From Antedon mediterranea (taxonomy: Eukaryota; Animalia; Echinodermata): a stretch of 64,000 nucleotides of DNA. Position 1 is the stretch's first letter. Every line of letters starts with the position of its first letter. The position numbers and the translations under genes were made by a program. The notes below the pieces were generated by a model, which was not told the origin of the DNA, did not search any database, and saw only the letters and a list, made by a program, of their open reading frames with translations. The DNA lies in assembly GCF_964355755.1 (NCBI RefSeq), contig NC_092671.1, positions 18,538,001 through 18,602,000 on the forward strand, given 5' to 3'. Shown here in pieces: positions 33,171 through 48,343 of this stretch.

Positions 33171-36100
33171 TTGCTGTCAAAGTATAGCAATAATAACTCA
33201 ATTTCATACACTGGAAATTACTCATTTGTTTAATTTGCAATTTGACAAATTACACAATTTAGAAGCATGTACAGTATGGCATTCATTAAGAAAGAAGATA
33301 ACAATAAAGGTGATATTATAAATGCAATTGATGTATTAAAGTAAATATATCATAACATAAGTTCCATATAACAATACAAAAAGACCAACTACTAACAGGA
33401 TAATTTTCTGCAATTATCAAAATTGAAGAATAAGTGCCCTTAGCATGTTGAATAAAATAAAATATTGATCTTCTTCTGAAGGACTATTTGACTAAAGTGT
33501 AATATTTGTATTTATTTTCATAAAAGTAAATAAAGAAAGACTTTAAGTAGATAAAATACAGTTAATTAGAAACCTAACAAAAGAAAAAAACTATGAGTGA
33601 GTGTATTTGGTACAGTACAGTATTTGTTTCAAACCATTGGAAGTAGTGTACCAAGAGCACATAATTCAATCATGGACCTATAAATTGATACAGTAGGTTC
33701 GGGGTTTAACTACTTATTTGTACCCATGTAGTATTGTGTATTGCCAAGCATGATGATACGTCAAGGTTTAAATTTCAAGGTATTTCTTTACAGAATGTTA
33801 ACTTACGAAACAAGAACAAAAAATATATCATATTTATATGAGGAAAATTGCAGCAGAAATGCATTCCATTGAAATATTAAACTAAAAAATGAACTGTTTG
33901 GCTGGTGTTACAGTAGGAAACGTACTGTACACAGTACAACAGGAACATTGATTGTCAATATTGTATTACCCAAAAGTAAATTTATCAAACTATTGATGAA
34001 GTTAGGCTAGAGAGATATAAATTTGAGTCTTTAGACTGAAAAGCAACGACCATCAGCTAAAATTTCAATTTGGTTTATTTTCGTTCAATCCACTTCCTAT
34101 TTTGGTGTTTAAATTCAAAACCAATAGTGAAACCTTTTTTTATGAACATTATGATACAGTAGACGTTGAAGGTTGATGCAGGCCTACTTGTCTAATATTT
34201 GCTCTGTTATGGAATGGAAAGATGAAAATGAAAATTAATTCAAACCAAGAACACAAAGTAGAATTAAATTATGACGTATTGTATAATAATACACTATCTG
34301 AGAACATCATCTTCATATAGGTGGTGCCTTATTATATTTAATTCATTATTATTGAAATAATCTCCTTTTTGTGCATCAAACAAAATATGTGCAGCTATTG
34401 TTTTTTAATTCCATTCACTGTAAAACTAACAACAGACATATCAGGTGGTGGGGTCTTTTCAAAGGAATATGATGCAATTCTGAAAATTAAATTAAAGAAA
34501 AAATAATTGCAACATTTACCAACTAAATAATAATGTTGGAAACAATAAAAGTAATTGAAGTAACTTGACAGTATAACCGTGCAAACATTGAGATATAAAA
34601 AAGTAGATGCATGCAGTAAATTAGGATTAATACAAGCACATGGAAATAAGGAGCCATCTACATTAAAGGAAAATACAAGCTATTAGTTTAACATGCTATT
34701 TTGAAAGAATTTCTTACAGATTTTACACAAGTTTGACACAAAGTTAAAAGTGAATATTAGTATTCTCCCAGTACACTTAGGGCTCTCTTTTTCAAGGTTT
34801 TCATTTAGGCCAGATTGTTTTATTTTATTTCATTCAATGCAGTTTGACAATAGAAACATGTGGTGCCCACTAGCCAAAAGAGTAAGTTATAAGGCAAAAA
34901 GCAAAACAAAGAAATGTTCCTAATTACACATAAACTGATTTTCATACTGTATGTTAATATAAAGTTTGTACTGTATGTAGTTCTAAAAAGAACTATTGCT
35001 TTTCTCGACATTTTAATTAATATGCTTCGATCGAATTCAATATATTATAATGATTTTCGCTAGGCAAACCTTTAAACAAAACTGATTTCTATGTTTATAA
35101 AACAATTCTATTTTCAAAAGTTGCAAAAGTGTTTTCATTATCTGTAAGATTGATACAAGTTAAATGCTACAGTATGTTCAGTAGAAGTTTAACGTTAATG
35201 TTAAAACAATCTCAATCTTATCTTAATACAAAACAGAGAATGACAAACAGGCAAAGTAGAATTTCAAAGGGTTTGTGATTTTCAATACAGAGTCCAGGAT
35301 GCTGGATTTCAAACTACTGTAAAACATGCAACATTATAACAAATAGATAAAATCAATCTATGCATACCGTGAATGAATCTTCCACACAAAAACCAAAACC
35401 ATGAAAACAAGTATTAATGAACCAAACATCGAACTGTAAATCACTGCATAAAATATATAAAATAATTTCACTTCATTAAGTATTTTAACATCATTAGACA
35501 ATACTTGGTTTAAAATCATGTCTCTGTCTGTAGTACACACATGACATTTTCCTCAACGGCTTCTGGTTAAAAGTATGGACAGGGGTGTCTCTAAAATAGT
35601 AGGCCTACTATTCATTAAATGCCCCAGTAAAGAACTGTATGCCCCAGTAAAGAACTGTATTCACCAGGGTAAAACTGAAGTGAACACTACAATTTGTTGG
35701 CACAGAGGCCCATGTACAGTTCTAATTAAAATCTCAAAATTGTAAGCAAATTTTATATTCATTTATATTATGGATTCTTTAAACACACCAATTCAATTAG
35801 TTTGGTTTAATTTGAATTGAATGTCGACCCTGGGGTAAGGCCCTAGGTTTAGCACTCACAAGAGGCCTTTGGGTTTAGTCAGTGAGCACTCATAGGCATT
35901 ATGCCACTGATCATGAGTCGGCAGCCGGCCAAAATTGGAAGCAAAAACTGAAAAAACTAAGTAATCATTTGACTTACATAAATGGTCTTTATGCCTACTG
36001 GTAAGTGTTGATGTGACCATAACTGGTAGCGATGTGTTGAATTTCGGCGGTGGATGGTCACAATTACATAACCTGATAAAAGATGAAAAGCACTTAGCTG

Positions 36101-37083
36101 GAATTGACATCTTAAGTTTTTTTACATCAATAATCAAGATGTACACTTTATTACTGAAATAAATAATAAGAGAATTTATTTATTTTTTTATATATAGAAG
36201 CATGTTAAAAAAACAATTGTGTTCGCCATGTTTTGGGTAATTTGTTTTCCTGACCAAAAATATGTTACGCAAACATTATAAAAGACCATATCTAAACAAG
36301 AAATATTTCTTACATAAAACGCTGGTGCTGACTTTTTGAAAATTTTAATCATTGTTCTTTCTTCAGATATAATGATTTATTATCAATTATTTTTAACAAT
36401 CAGTAGTAACATTTTGTGTAAATATAGTCTGGCCTACTGTACAGAACAAAAATATAATCATAAACTAAACTACAGTATATTAATTAAAACTAATGACCCG
36501 GCTCACTGTACTAGTCTTACAGGCCTACTACCTAGGGATAACGATGCAACATTAAAAGTTATAGCATACATTGCCTGTTAATATTTTGTATCAATATTAA
36601 AATAAAGAATTATGAAAATCTGACTTGTAGTTTTCGAAATAGGGTCCAAAACATCGCCGAAAATAATTGTTTTTAGCCACGAAAGAAGTAAATAAATTGC
36701 GCCATCTGTAGGCAATTGCATAAACTTTAAAAATTATGGATTTTAGTAATATATTTTGTATATCAACATTGTAAAATTCAATCAAATATGATATTACATG
36801 TTTATTAAATAAAAAATAGTGTTTATTTAACCTCATTAAAAGAATTTCAAAACATTATTTTCCCGACGTGTGTTGGACATGCAGTCCTCAGAGACAACAT
36901 GACTTCACGGCACATGTGAGAAAATTCTTCCGCATCAACCATCAATCAAAGGGCGACAATCCAAAATCGTTCTACCGTGAGCACTCATATACTCCCTTTT
37001 CCCAGACGTTTTTTGGGTCAAGCAGCTTGGACCTATAAATTAGTCGAGTTTACAATACAAAATTCCAAAACTGACAGCCGTAG

Positions 37084-37712
37084 GGGTGTGTAGAAAGCGA
37101 CGACCTCGAATTGGATGACCCCAACGACCCGGGCGACCTCGAATTGGACGACCTAGAATTGGACGACCCATAACACGAAACCGACAACCCCTATAGCCTA
37201 GCCTAGCCTAGGCGCGGCCTAAGTGTGGTATAACATCCCGAAGCCGAACATAGCCAAAGATCTTTAAACCATACCTTATATAATACTCGCAAGCAAGCAA
37301 TTGATTGAAAAAAAGGGGCCGTTTTGACCTGGTTTGCCATGTTTATGATATTTCGTGTGTGCTAATCGAGTCGAATGCAGTTTTAATGATGCACTCTTGG
37401 CGTTCCATATCTGTTCGTTTGTTCGTGTCGACACATTCAGTATCAAATGGCGATATTTCTGTATTTTTTCAATCAATTGCTTGCTTGCGAGTATTATAAT
37501 AAGGTATGGTTTAAGGATCTTTGGCTATGTTCGGCTTCGGGATGTTATACTACCACACACATAGGCCTATAGGCTAGGCTAGGCTATAAGGGTCGTCGGT
37601 TTCGTGTTATGGGTCGTCCAATTCTAGGTCGTCCAATTCTAGGTCGTCCAATTCGAGGTCGCCCGGGTCGTTGGGGTCGTCCAATTCGAGGTCGTCGCTT
37701 TCTACACACCCT
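37084..37712. mobile_element. Foldback MITE with ~230-250-bp TIRs and 8-9-bp TSD (Mutator-like)
   Basis: GGGTGTGTAGAAAGCGACGACCTCGAATTGG... has its inverse copy ending ...CGCTTTCTACACACCC. CAGCCGTAG lies at 37075-37083 and 37713-37721. The TIRs contain 15-bp GACGACCT(C/A)GAATTG subrepeats. Confidence 0.88.
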
Positions 37713-39444
37713 CAGCCGTAGATATCTTTGGCGTTGATAAAGCTTCTTTGATTGTCCTCTGGGAATATAGCTGCCTAGAGGCGTGGCGCAAACATTTATA
37801 AACAATTGCCATGTTTTCTTTTCATAGCACAATAGGCTCGCACTACCTATAAATAGTTTTTCGCCAAGGTCCATTTTGTTGAATTATCTGCCTTGGACTT
37901 TTGGGAAACATTAAAATGATAATGATGCCTCGCGATTTTGGGAATGGTAGAAAAAGCAATGTCTTCATTATGCCTCGCATGCCCAGCAGTGACAGTGTGC
38001 CTTGCTGCCTCGCAATTTATTATTACAACTAGGCCTAGGCCTAGGCCTATTCATACAGTATTAGATTCCTAGATTATAGATAGGCTAGTCATGCTCTGAC
38101 AAATAAATTTTAGTAGTACTAGGCCTACGTACTAGTGTAATAGTAGGCTTAGGATAGCTAGGCTTATGTCTAATTCATCTAGGCCCTAGGCTAAAAAATA
38201 ACCTCTCCCTGGAGTGGTGGTATAATTGGGACCGTATAATTATGCGGCCTCTGGAAGTCTCGAAAGTCTCACACACTCTTAGTTTTTAGCATGGAGTAAA
38301 GGTAAAGTCTCATCATCATAGTCAAGTATCATAGTGTCACCACCGTCTCATCTTATGTTAAAATTAAGCTTATGCCTAGTTTTCATGTCCAGTAATGTAT
38401 TTCTTTTGTTTCATACCTTCGTCGTATACGAATCCATTTTGCTAGCCTTATTTAATTAAACATTTGGTAATCATCTCTGTATCATCATCATCAGTATCAT
38501 TTGGTATTCATCTTATTACCGTAATCGTTTGTGTTGCCAATCTGAACTATGGAACGCATTCAGTGCATTATTATATGCTGAGGGTTCACGCTTAACACTG
38601 TGCCTTATGCTTAATATGGATTATTTTCTTCTTTTTAATCAATTTCTGAATTTAAAAAGTAAGCAGATTTTCTGCCATTCACAACTATAATTTATTTTTG
38701 AGTTGCAATTACAAGTAATAGGTTTTTTCGGGGCACTATGGTCTCAATTTCTTACAATATCTTGTGAGTATGGATCCATATTAATGCACAACCTCTCATA
38801 TAATCAAATCAATCAAATCAATGGCCGGCAACGTACTTAATCTTAAACACCCATGGTATGGTGTATCCGAGTATACACAAGAAACCACATTCATCAGAGC
38901 TTGCAACTCTTTCCTGTGAACTTCTGCAACTAGTTATCTACAGTTTGGCAACTCGTCCACACTAGCAAAATTTGGAAATCTTTTTGTGGTCCAAGCAACA
39001 AAAATGTTTTGGAAAAATTATACTTAGAAATGTAAAATATTATAAACTATTATAACGCAGAAACAATGTATTCATGTAATTTTAACTTATTTATTCACTT
39101 ATAATTAACTTAAATTTATATCTGTATTGTGTTTTGGTAGTGAGTTTTTTTTTAACATTGCCAACTAATATTCCTGTACCAACTCCATACTTAACCATTC
39201 ATCAAATTAATAGGCCTAATTGTGACGAAAATATATTAGAAGTTTGAAAATTTAAAAATCTGATTATAAAACTTAAAAAGTAATGTTTTCTATATTCTAC
39301 TCTTCTCTGAGAAACTATAAATAATTGATTCGCTGAAGAATGTGCGTCCGGCGTGATTTAAATTCTATTATAACTAAAAATTATAGCTTGTCTACACTAG
39401 CAAACTTATTGAACTTTGCAAACTGACCATTGTTTGGTGAAGTT

Positions 39445-39884
39445 ACAGTATGTGATTCCAGACTACACTCGTACTTCTTGAGTGACATTAGGTGATTCCA
39501 GACTACACTCGTACTTCTTGAGTGACAGTATGTGATTCCAGACTACACTCGTACTTCTTGAGTGACAGTATGTGATTCCAGACTACACTCGTACTTCTTG
39601 AGTGACAGTATGTGATTCCAGACTACACTCGTACTTCTTGAGTGAGAGTATGTGATTCCAGACTACACTCATACTTCTTGAGTGACAGTATGTGATTCCA
39701 GACTACACTCGTACTTCTTGAGTGACAGTATGTGATTCCAGACTACACTCGTACTTCTTGAGTGACAGTATGTGATTCCAGACTACACTCGTACTTCTTG
39801 AGTGACAGTATGTGATTCCAGACTACACTCGTACTTCTTGAGTGACAGTATGTGATTCCAGACTACACTCGTACTTCTTGAGTG
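39445..39884. repeat. 40-bp minisatellite, 11 copies
   Basis: ACAGTATGTGATTCCAGACTACACTCGTACTTCTTGAGTG in head-to-tail copies with very few substitutions and no spacers. Confidence 0.95.
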
Positions 39885-41794
39885 AACTCCGAGTTTGGCA
39901 AGAACTTACTGTTTGCTAGTTTAGACATTTGACAACAAATTTTGAAAGTGAAAAAATATACATTGTTTGTGGAGGTTGAAGCAAGCGGCGAAGTTTACCA
40001 AATTTTTGTTTGCCAACTCTTGGTTGCTCAAGTTTGAAAACTAAACTTTGTAGTGTATTAAGTTCTGCAAATTTGTTTCCTGGAGTTTGCTCAAATTTAG
40101 AAACTAAAGTTACTTGTTTTCTGTATAATTTACCAAAGTTGCTCGAGTTTAGAAACTAAAGTTTGCTAGTGTATAATTCTGCACTGAATATCCTGTTGTT
40201 TTACCAAAGTTTGTCATTCAATGAACTCGATGTTTGATTTTGAAACAAAAATTTACTAGATATACTACTAGGCTTTAGGCTATTAACAAACTATTGTTCC
40301 GGGTTTGTTTTCAACTTGGCGAATTGAATAACAAATGTAGTCATTTGATACAAACATTATCGAATTTACAATTTTGAAAAAGCAGTACGTAAACAACTTA
40401 AAATGTTGTTCTTCCCACTAGTGCAATGGACAACAAGGACATAAAAGAAATGCAAATATTATCTAATCACAAGCGATGGATTATCTGAACTATCCCCTGG
40501 TCGAGTAGCTGGAGTTCTTGTTTTGCTTCCTTGTGGGACCGAAGCTTAAATTAAAGTAAATCATTCGGGTTACAATCAAGTTGAAGCAGTCAAGTCAAAA
40601 CCTTTAATACAAAAATGGAACAGAAAAGATCATCTTATTGTCAACATTATTAATATTGTTTTGTATTTCAGCAAAAGAAAACTTCATATTATTACTAATA
40701 ACATTAATTTCAATCAATTCACAGAGATTTTAAACCCACCTGCCTATAGTGATACACTAAAATTAAATAAAAATAATGGATATTTTTTAAAAAAGGTTAA
40801 CATGGCCAGGTTAGTTCAAACCATTGACAACAAAAATAACTGTATAGGCTATAACTGGTTTAAGAATTATTTCCATTATACACAAATGAAATCACACAAT
40901 CAGAAACAAACCAATCCTACACAAATTACGTACTGTGTGTAAATTTAAGTCACTAATGTAAAACTCGGGCCTTAAGATTATTATTGGTCAATACTTTAGG
41001 ATGATAATGAATGTTTAGAATCCGGATTATCATCATATTATATACTGTATAGTATTGTGTTACAAACAGTATTATACAATGGACACATTTGAGTTGTATT
41101 CTGTGTACTATACAGTATATGCAAAACTTCCAAATACACAAACAAACAAATATGATATTAAATTTACCCATTTAAAATTTGTAGATTCCACAAAAAAATC
41201 CACCAACCCTAAATGTATTGAATCGTCCACTCATTTGTTATATAATCACAGCAAAACCTCAAACCCTTAGGAATAAGTAAACAATATAAAGAAATTAAAT
41301 AATAAATATTATATGCTGCTAGATCGTTAAAGTTAAATGTAATAATAACCATTGACGTTGACCCTGATGTACTATTTTAATACAGATATTATTAATCATT
41401 TTGGCAAGTATCTTTATTTGACCACCCGTATTGGTGTTAATGGTATGGTTAATGTTAAAAACACTTTATAACTGCAACATCCAAATGGATTATATTTTGA
41501 TGCCATGATCATCAAAATTCAGATTTAAACAAACGAAAAACTAAAAATGTTGTTCAAATACAAATAATCTCAGAGATCTCATGTAGTAAACAACATGTAT
41601 AAACTCACTCTTCCTGGACATAAGCTATATAATATAAGGCACTATAAACTTTAAGATCATTATTATTATAGTTTAAGAATATATATTTCTATAATACATT
41701 CAAACTATGTTTTAATTAAACATACAGTACTGTATGGAAAAAAAAAACAATATACCACTTTATTATTATTATACTAGGTCAAAATAATTTGTAT

Positions 41795-44517
41795 TAGTCC
41801 AGTCCCTAAGGGGAGAAAAAGGGGTGGGATGTTACCAAACTGGATACAAATTTTTCAGTATAGCAGTTTGGTAGAGTATAGTGTGGAGATGCCAAAACAA
41901 AGTTACTGGAAATCTGATTTGACCTCTGTGACCTCTGACCTCAATTTTTATATTTTTCTATTATATAACTAAAAATCGCCATATCTTGACAACGCAGGGA
42001 CATTTTACATTTATTTTTTTTTTTAAATGCTTGGAAGATATATATTTATATTTGCTATAATGAAAATAATTGTACAAAAATGGCCGCAAAGGCTTTATTT
42101 TTCAGTTTGACCTTTGACCTTGATTGCCTAATATCTCAATAACACGCAATCTCAGAGATTTGAGAATGGGCTCAAAATGTTAAGAAAATAAATCTAATAT
42201 TTAGTCTAATAGAAACTTTTTTCAAAAAATTACCATAAATTAAGCTTTTTTGACCCTTGACCTCTAATGTTTGAATATGTCAATATCTCGGTAACTATTT
42301 GTCCTAAAAAGTTCAGTTTGGTGTCAAATTGTTTAGAATATACACATTTATATTTGCTCGAACAAAATATTTTGTCAGAATTCAATTGGAAATGTCATTT
42401 TGAGCTATGACCCATCGTTTTGCATATATTTAGCAATTAATAATCTAAAAAAAGAGATCGAGAGAGGGGAGGGGGTTGGGGTGGATGGAGAGACACATAT
42501 TTTTGTTACATGTTACACAAATATTAAAATTTGTCTACACTATAACATTTTTATGCGACAAAAAAATGTGATGTGCCCATATATGGACACGATGAATGAC
42601 ATATCACTACCATATTTGGGCACATCACACCTTTTTTGTTAAACTAGTTTATAGTGTAGACAAACATGTAAAAAATATGTGTCTCTCCATCACCCCAACC
42701 ACCTCCCCCTCTCTCGCCTTTCCAATGCTACTGCATGCATCTATACACATCAAAATGACCGGAATTGTACTGGAAAGTTTTTAGCTACATTTGAAAATAA
42801 GTCCCAGAGGATGGGTGTATTGTAATGTTATCAGAATTATGGCAATTGTTTGTAATGGGAAAGTTTTAAAACTACATTTGAAATATTTGCTAATAATATC
42901 ACATGCTATTAAAGATATACTTATTTTCCCCCTGACAAAAGTAATTTTGACAAATATTTTTGTTGAATATGCAATTTTAATGTCACACATAATAGTTTCA
43001 CCAAAAATTGGATTGAAAAAAAAATGATATAGTGCATACCCAAAAAAACTGTAATTTAAAGCAAAAAAGAGGCTGGAAGTCAATTGTGATTTTGGTTAAA
43101 TTTCCTTTTTATTTTAGTTGATTGACCAACTGTATAAGATGGTCCTACTGTATAAAGCCTTATATATTGGTTTATTTACTTCTAGTCGGTCTCTGATTTT
43201 GTTTTTTGATTACTTTTGTAAATTATTTGTGTACATGTGATAATGTTCGTTTGGTCGGTAATGGTTGATGTCAGTTTTGTCATGTTTTTGTGGATTAAAG
43301 TATAATTATCATTGCTTCTCTTAATTTCTTCTGGTTTCAAAGATTTTGTTGTATAGTGTTATGAGCTGGATGTGTTATTGCCTCATCAAGCCAAGATGGT
43401 AATTTTGACTGCTCACTGGTTTGTTTTCCTTTTATATTCCACTACAGTATGTTCTTGAAAAGAAATCAGCTTTGTAATTAATTTGTCTTTGATCCTTTTC
43501 AGATTTCTAATATTTTAAACATATGTTTTTCTTTTCTTCGCTTTTTCCTCACTGTTTCAAACATTTTATTTTGTCAGCATACTTCAAGCAATTAATTGAT
43601 AATTAGGTCATATGTTTTATGAGTATCAAATCGCATTGGTTAATTTTTCTTTTCTTTCTTTAAGATCCTGATTTTCTTTCTTTTTTTTTTAATGATATTT
43701 AACTTTTAAGTTTATTTAATTTTTTGTTGATATTAAGTGTTGCTCTTACGGTGTAGGCCTACCATGCGATGGAATTATATATTGAAATTAAATTAAACAT
43801 TAAGTTTTAAAAAAATTGTGAAAGGCTAGATAGGATATTGAGTGTAGTTCTGGTCCATTAAATCTATATTTTAGGTATATTATTATAAGTATGACACACG
43901 CACGCTTAACAGTATATCCTGGTCATACCTCAAACTGGCATTTCCAGTAAAAATATGATAACATCTTCTATTAGAGCTAATATAAATGTTTACATTTTGA
44001 ACATTTTGACACCAAGTTGAACTTTTTATGACATTTGGTTACAGAGATACAGACATATTTAAACATTAAAGGTCAAAGGTCAGTAAATGACATTTCCTGT
44101 GGATTTGGAAGAACATGTTTAATTAGAGTATATATAAATATGTATGCTCTTAACAATTTGAAACAAATTTCAAGAAATTTTGACCAGTAGTTATTGAGAT
44201 ATAGTAAGCCGAGGTCAAAGGTCAAAACATTGAGAAATTACATTTCCGGGCGTTTTTTGGAAAAAAGTTCTATTACAGCGAATATAAATATGTACCCTCT
44301 GATCTGTTTGACACCAATATCATTTCAATTGTCAAACCCGTTGCGGAGATATGGCTGTTTAAGATAGAAATATAAAAATTGAGGTCAGAGGTCACAGAGG
44401 TCAAATCAGATTTCAAGTAACTTTGTTTTGGTATCTCCATATCATGTTCTATCAACATGCCAAAGGGCACACTTGTATCCACTATGGTAACATCATTTCC
44501 CCTTAGGGACTGGACTA
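41795..44517. mobile_element. Long-TIR non-autonomous DNA transposon (Academ-like termini), 3-bp TSD TAT
   Basis: TAGTCCAGTCCCTAAGGGGA ... TCCCCTTAGGGACTGGACTA. Arms of ~600 bp carry TGACCTCTG/TGACCTTTG subrepeats. TAT at 41792-41794 and 44518-44520. Confidence 0.8.
42459..42716. mobile_element. Nested hairpin/MITE inside the long-TIR element
   Basis: Outer inverted repeat CGAGAGAGGGG...GGAGAGACACATATTTTT / AAAAATATGTGTCTCTCC...CCCCTCTCTCG. Inner inverted repeat TGTCTACACTATAA...TGTGATGTGCCCA / TGGGCACATCACA...TTATAGTGTAGACA. Confidence 0.7.
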
Positions 44518-45282
44518 TATTTGTCTTTATTAAATCAAGAACAAAAACCAGTAAGATACAGTGTACTTATAATTGATATATATATATATATATCAGGGGA
44601 AAAAGAGTAAATCTGCAGCAAAATTCAATTTCGAAAGACTTCGCTTCAATAGGTTTATTTAAATGTCTTTCAATATAATATTATAAAAACAAAAATATAT
44701 TTTTCAATTGTGGTTTTCAACAGCAGCTGCATTAAATCTATTACACTCCATATATTTTTATAAGCTGGAAGAAGCATTTTATTTTTTAAAAGATAGATTT
44801 AAATATAAATAAAATTGGTTGAAATAACAAAATAATTGTACAGTAAACCACTTTAAGGATTGTGTTTTTCCAAAAGAAAAATGATATCCCTGGTTTCTTA
44901 TGACAGTTAAAATAATAATAATTTTAAGTATAAATATATAGAAATTCAGTCAGTAAAAAAAATATAAGTTTATAGTATAACTAAAAAGAATATAGCATTA
45001 AATAATTTATAAAATAATGTTTACTGCTTTTTAAATCTAAGTCTAATCTCTATATTTATATAACAATAAAATGTCTTAAAATAGTAGTATTCGTACATAC
45101 ATGTGTAAATGTATATTGCAAATTTGTCAACACTTTGACAAGACACTACAACACTTCATTAACAGGACATTTTGAAATGTCTTAAATTATAGAAAACTGT
45201 AAGCCAATATTTTTATCTTAATTATACAGCATGATAGAATATTATTTACTCTATAAAAATAGAAATATCATATTTGGCAAAA

Positions 45283-45429
<147 letters not shown>

Positions 45430-46244
45430 TCAAAACATTTGTTAAAAAACAGAGTGACCTTATAATCTCTAATACAGTATATACTCATGTGAAAGGCAAA
45501 ATGAAAATTAAAGACGACCACTAGAAATATATATTTATAGACAGTCCTCTTTATTTACTTTGAATATAATAATTAATATATACGAAAAATGTTGGCATCC
45601 AACCCTCTCCCAGCCTTTAAAATATCCTGTCCCTGCAATGCAATAGTCAATACAAATTGCTACATCGAAAAAAAAATTGTTCATAATATCATTCAAAAAA
45701 GTAAACATAATATTATGTTTTTACTTGAAAAAAAAAAATTAATTTTCGGATATAGATAAATTCTTGTGGGAACAAAAATATATAGATTAGTTAAATAAAG
45801 ACAATTTTTTATTTCTGTAATAAACATAATATTATCAGTAGGTACTTTGTCTTTTACATCATTTTACAGCATTGTGAAAAGAGAAGTAAAATTGCATGAT
45901 GTCACCCATGTTCTATAGTAGTATTATCTTAATTAAAAATTATATCATGGCTATCAACCAATCAGTGAATTAAAATTATAATGGGTATTTATCAACCTGA
46001 GTAGATTCTTGTCATTTGATTTGAGGATTGTGGGTCACATGATATTGTTGCTCCATTAAATTCTTACATCAAGAGTGCAATTCATTATGTTTATTCTTGT
46101 TACACAGTAGTCAACCTATTAATGTGTGCCATCTATAATTGTTGTACTCTGCATCCAAAATTGGATTGATTCCTTTTTTATATGGTTAAGGCCTTGGCCA
46201 ACCCTCTTGTTAAAGTTTGTTTGAAACAAATAATTAATGTTTTA

Positions 46245-46595
<351 letters not shown>

Positions 46596-47559
46596 CTATT
46601 ACTTTATAGGTTTAATTGAATTCACAGATAATGGATTACAGTGAGCACCGTTTCAAGGCACACTGAACTTTCATCTTTATACAGGTCTTTTCGCGTTTAG
46701 CTGCTACTAAACAGCCATTTTCCTGTTCACAATTATGGATCAGTACACCAGGGTAACCCTAACCTTGATGTAAGTGCATATGAGCTATAAATGTACACTG
46801 GAACCCAAGTCCTTATCCAAGAAGACTTGTTCTACCACTACAGTATGGTTGAAGAGAGTTTAACCTGTGTTAATTTTATGCTTTTATGCTTTATACTGCA
46901 TACTGCTTTAAACAGGGGAAACATAATTTATAGCCTACTCAAAATAAATATGAAAAACGCTGCTATGAAAGTTTTATACAAGAAAATGTGAAGTTTGAAA
47001 ATTCATACACTACCATGTTGGAAAATAAAAATATAATATAATAAAATACAATTTATTATAAAATATAAAAATTTGAGGCTGGAATAATGCTATTAGAGCC
47101 AAATGTTAGTACTGTACAGAATTATTGGTTCTTATTGTAATTCACTTCTACTTTGCAGTAGAAATTAATACGTGTCCATCACAACCATGTGCGTAAAAGC
47201 AATTCATAACTACTTTGTTGAAATGCTTGTTATGATATTAAATCAATATTTTTTATGAGTTTACAATATCTATAACAATACAAGATAGATTCTGTTATTT
47301 TATTTATAGTATTTTGACAATTACCACTCTCATTCTTATGTATTATTTTGTTGTTTAAAAAAGCAAAATGATATTAAGATCTTGAGAAGAGAATGCAATA
47401 AAACTAATATGCATTGATAATGTTGAAAAAATTATTAAATTATTCAATGGTTCCTTTTCGACTGCAAAACTTATTTGACAGCATTTCCTTAAATGGTGGA
47501 CTTTATTTATGCTACTCCATTCCATACCCTAACCTTTAATCCAACTACAAGGTATAAGG

Positions 47560-47815
47560 TATAAGGAAAAAGGAAGGAACTACAAGGTATAAAGGTAAAG
47601 GTATTATTATCTTTAAGCTTTCAAAATAAGGAAATTCAGAGTAGGCCCTCTGCTCCCCCACTGCAACCAGCAATGCAGTGCCTACACAGATGACCTACTG
47701 TGAGCGACCTTCTGGACCAACAGAGTAAAGCAAGGATATGGCACAGACAGGCTCGAACTCATGACATCACATACTATAGTCCGATTCCCTTTTTATTACA
47801 CCATAACAGCACAAG
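47560..47815 (-). mobile_element. Probable tRNA-derived SINE with (TACCTT)n-like tail in a UPP intron
   Basis: Minus-strand B-box-like GAGTTCGAGCC at ~47750-47760. The tail appears as AAGGTAT repeats on the plus strand. Confidence 0.45.
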
Positions 47816-48343
47816 CAATCCCAGACAGTCTACTATCCGCAACTAACACTATCTTATATTGTTGCAATTGTAACAACCCGATATTGTCACTAAACATTTC
47901 CTGGTAAACATTCTAAAACAGCTTAAAAATGCAAAATTCGCCAAGACAGGGGAGGAAGAGGGGGAGGGAGGCGGGAGGGTACCCAACCAACTGGTGGAGT
48001 CTCTGTCACACATTTTTTTCTCAGGTTTATATCATAATACCAATCATCAAAAAATCCATATAGACCTATTGATTTTCTACTTTGGAACAAGACTATTTTG
48101 ACATTACATTAAAGGTTTTATTATTTAACAGTTTCTTAAATTATGTTTATAAAAATGTTGAACTTTTGTCATTTGTTACAATATTACAATTGTCCTAAAT
48201 CCTTTGGTATTGTGTGTTACAATTGCTTGATATTAGTCAATTAGGCATGAAGAAAATAAAATTCTTTCTGATGTAACCATGGCTATAACTTTACTATCAT
48301 TATCATCTTTAACTGTATGGGTATAGAGGGCAGTTTGACTTAA

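Noticed and set aside
37276-37874. ORFs with RPRIG repeats on both strands
   Set aside because: Translations of MITE TIR subrepeats.
39445-39884. CRISPR-like array (regular repeats with an internal palindrome)
   Set aside because: The units are contiguous and near-identical with no unique spacers, there are no cas genes, and the context is eukaryotic.
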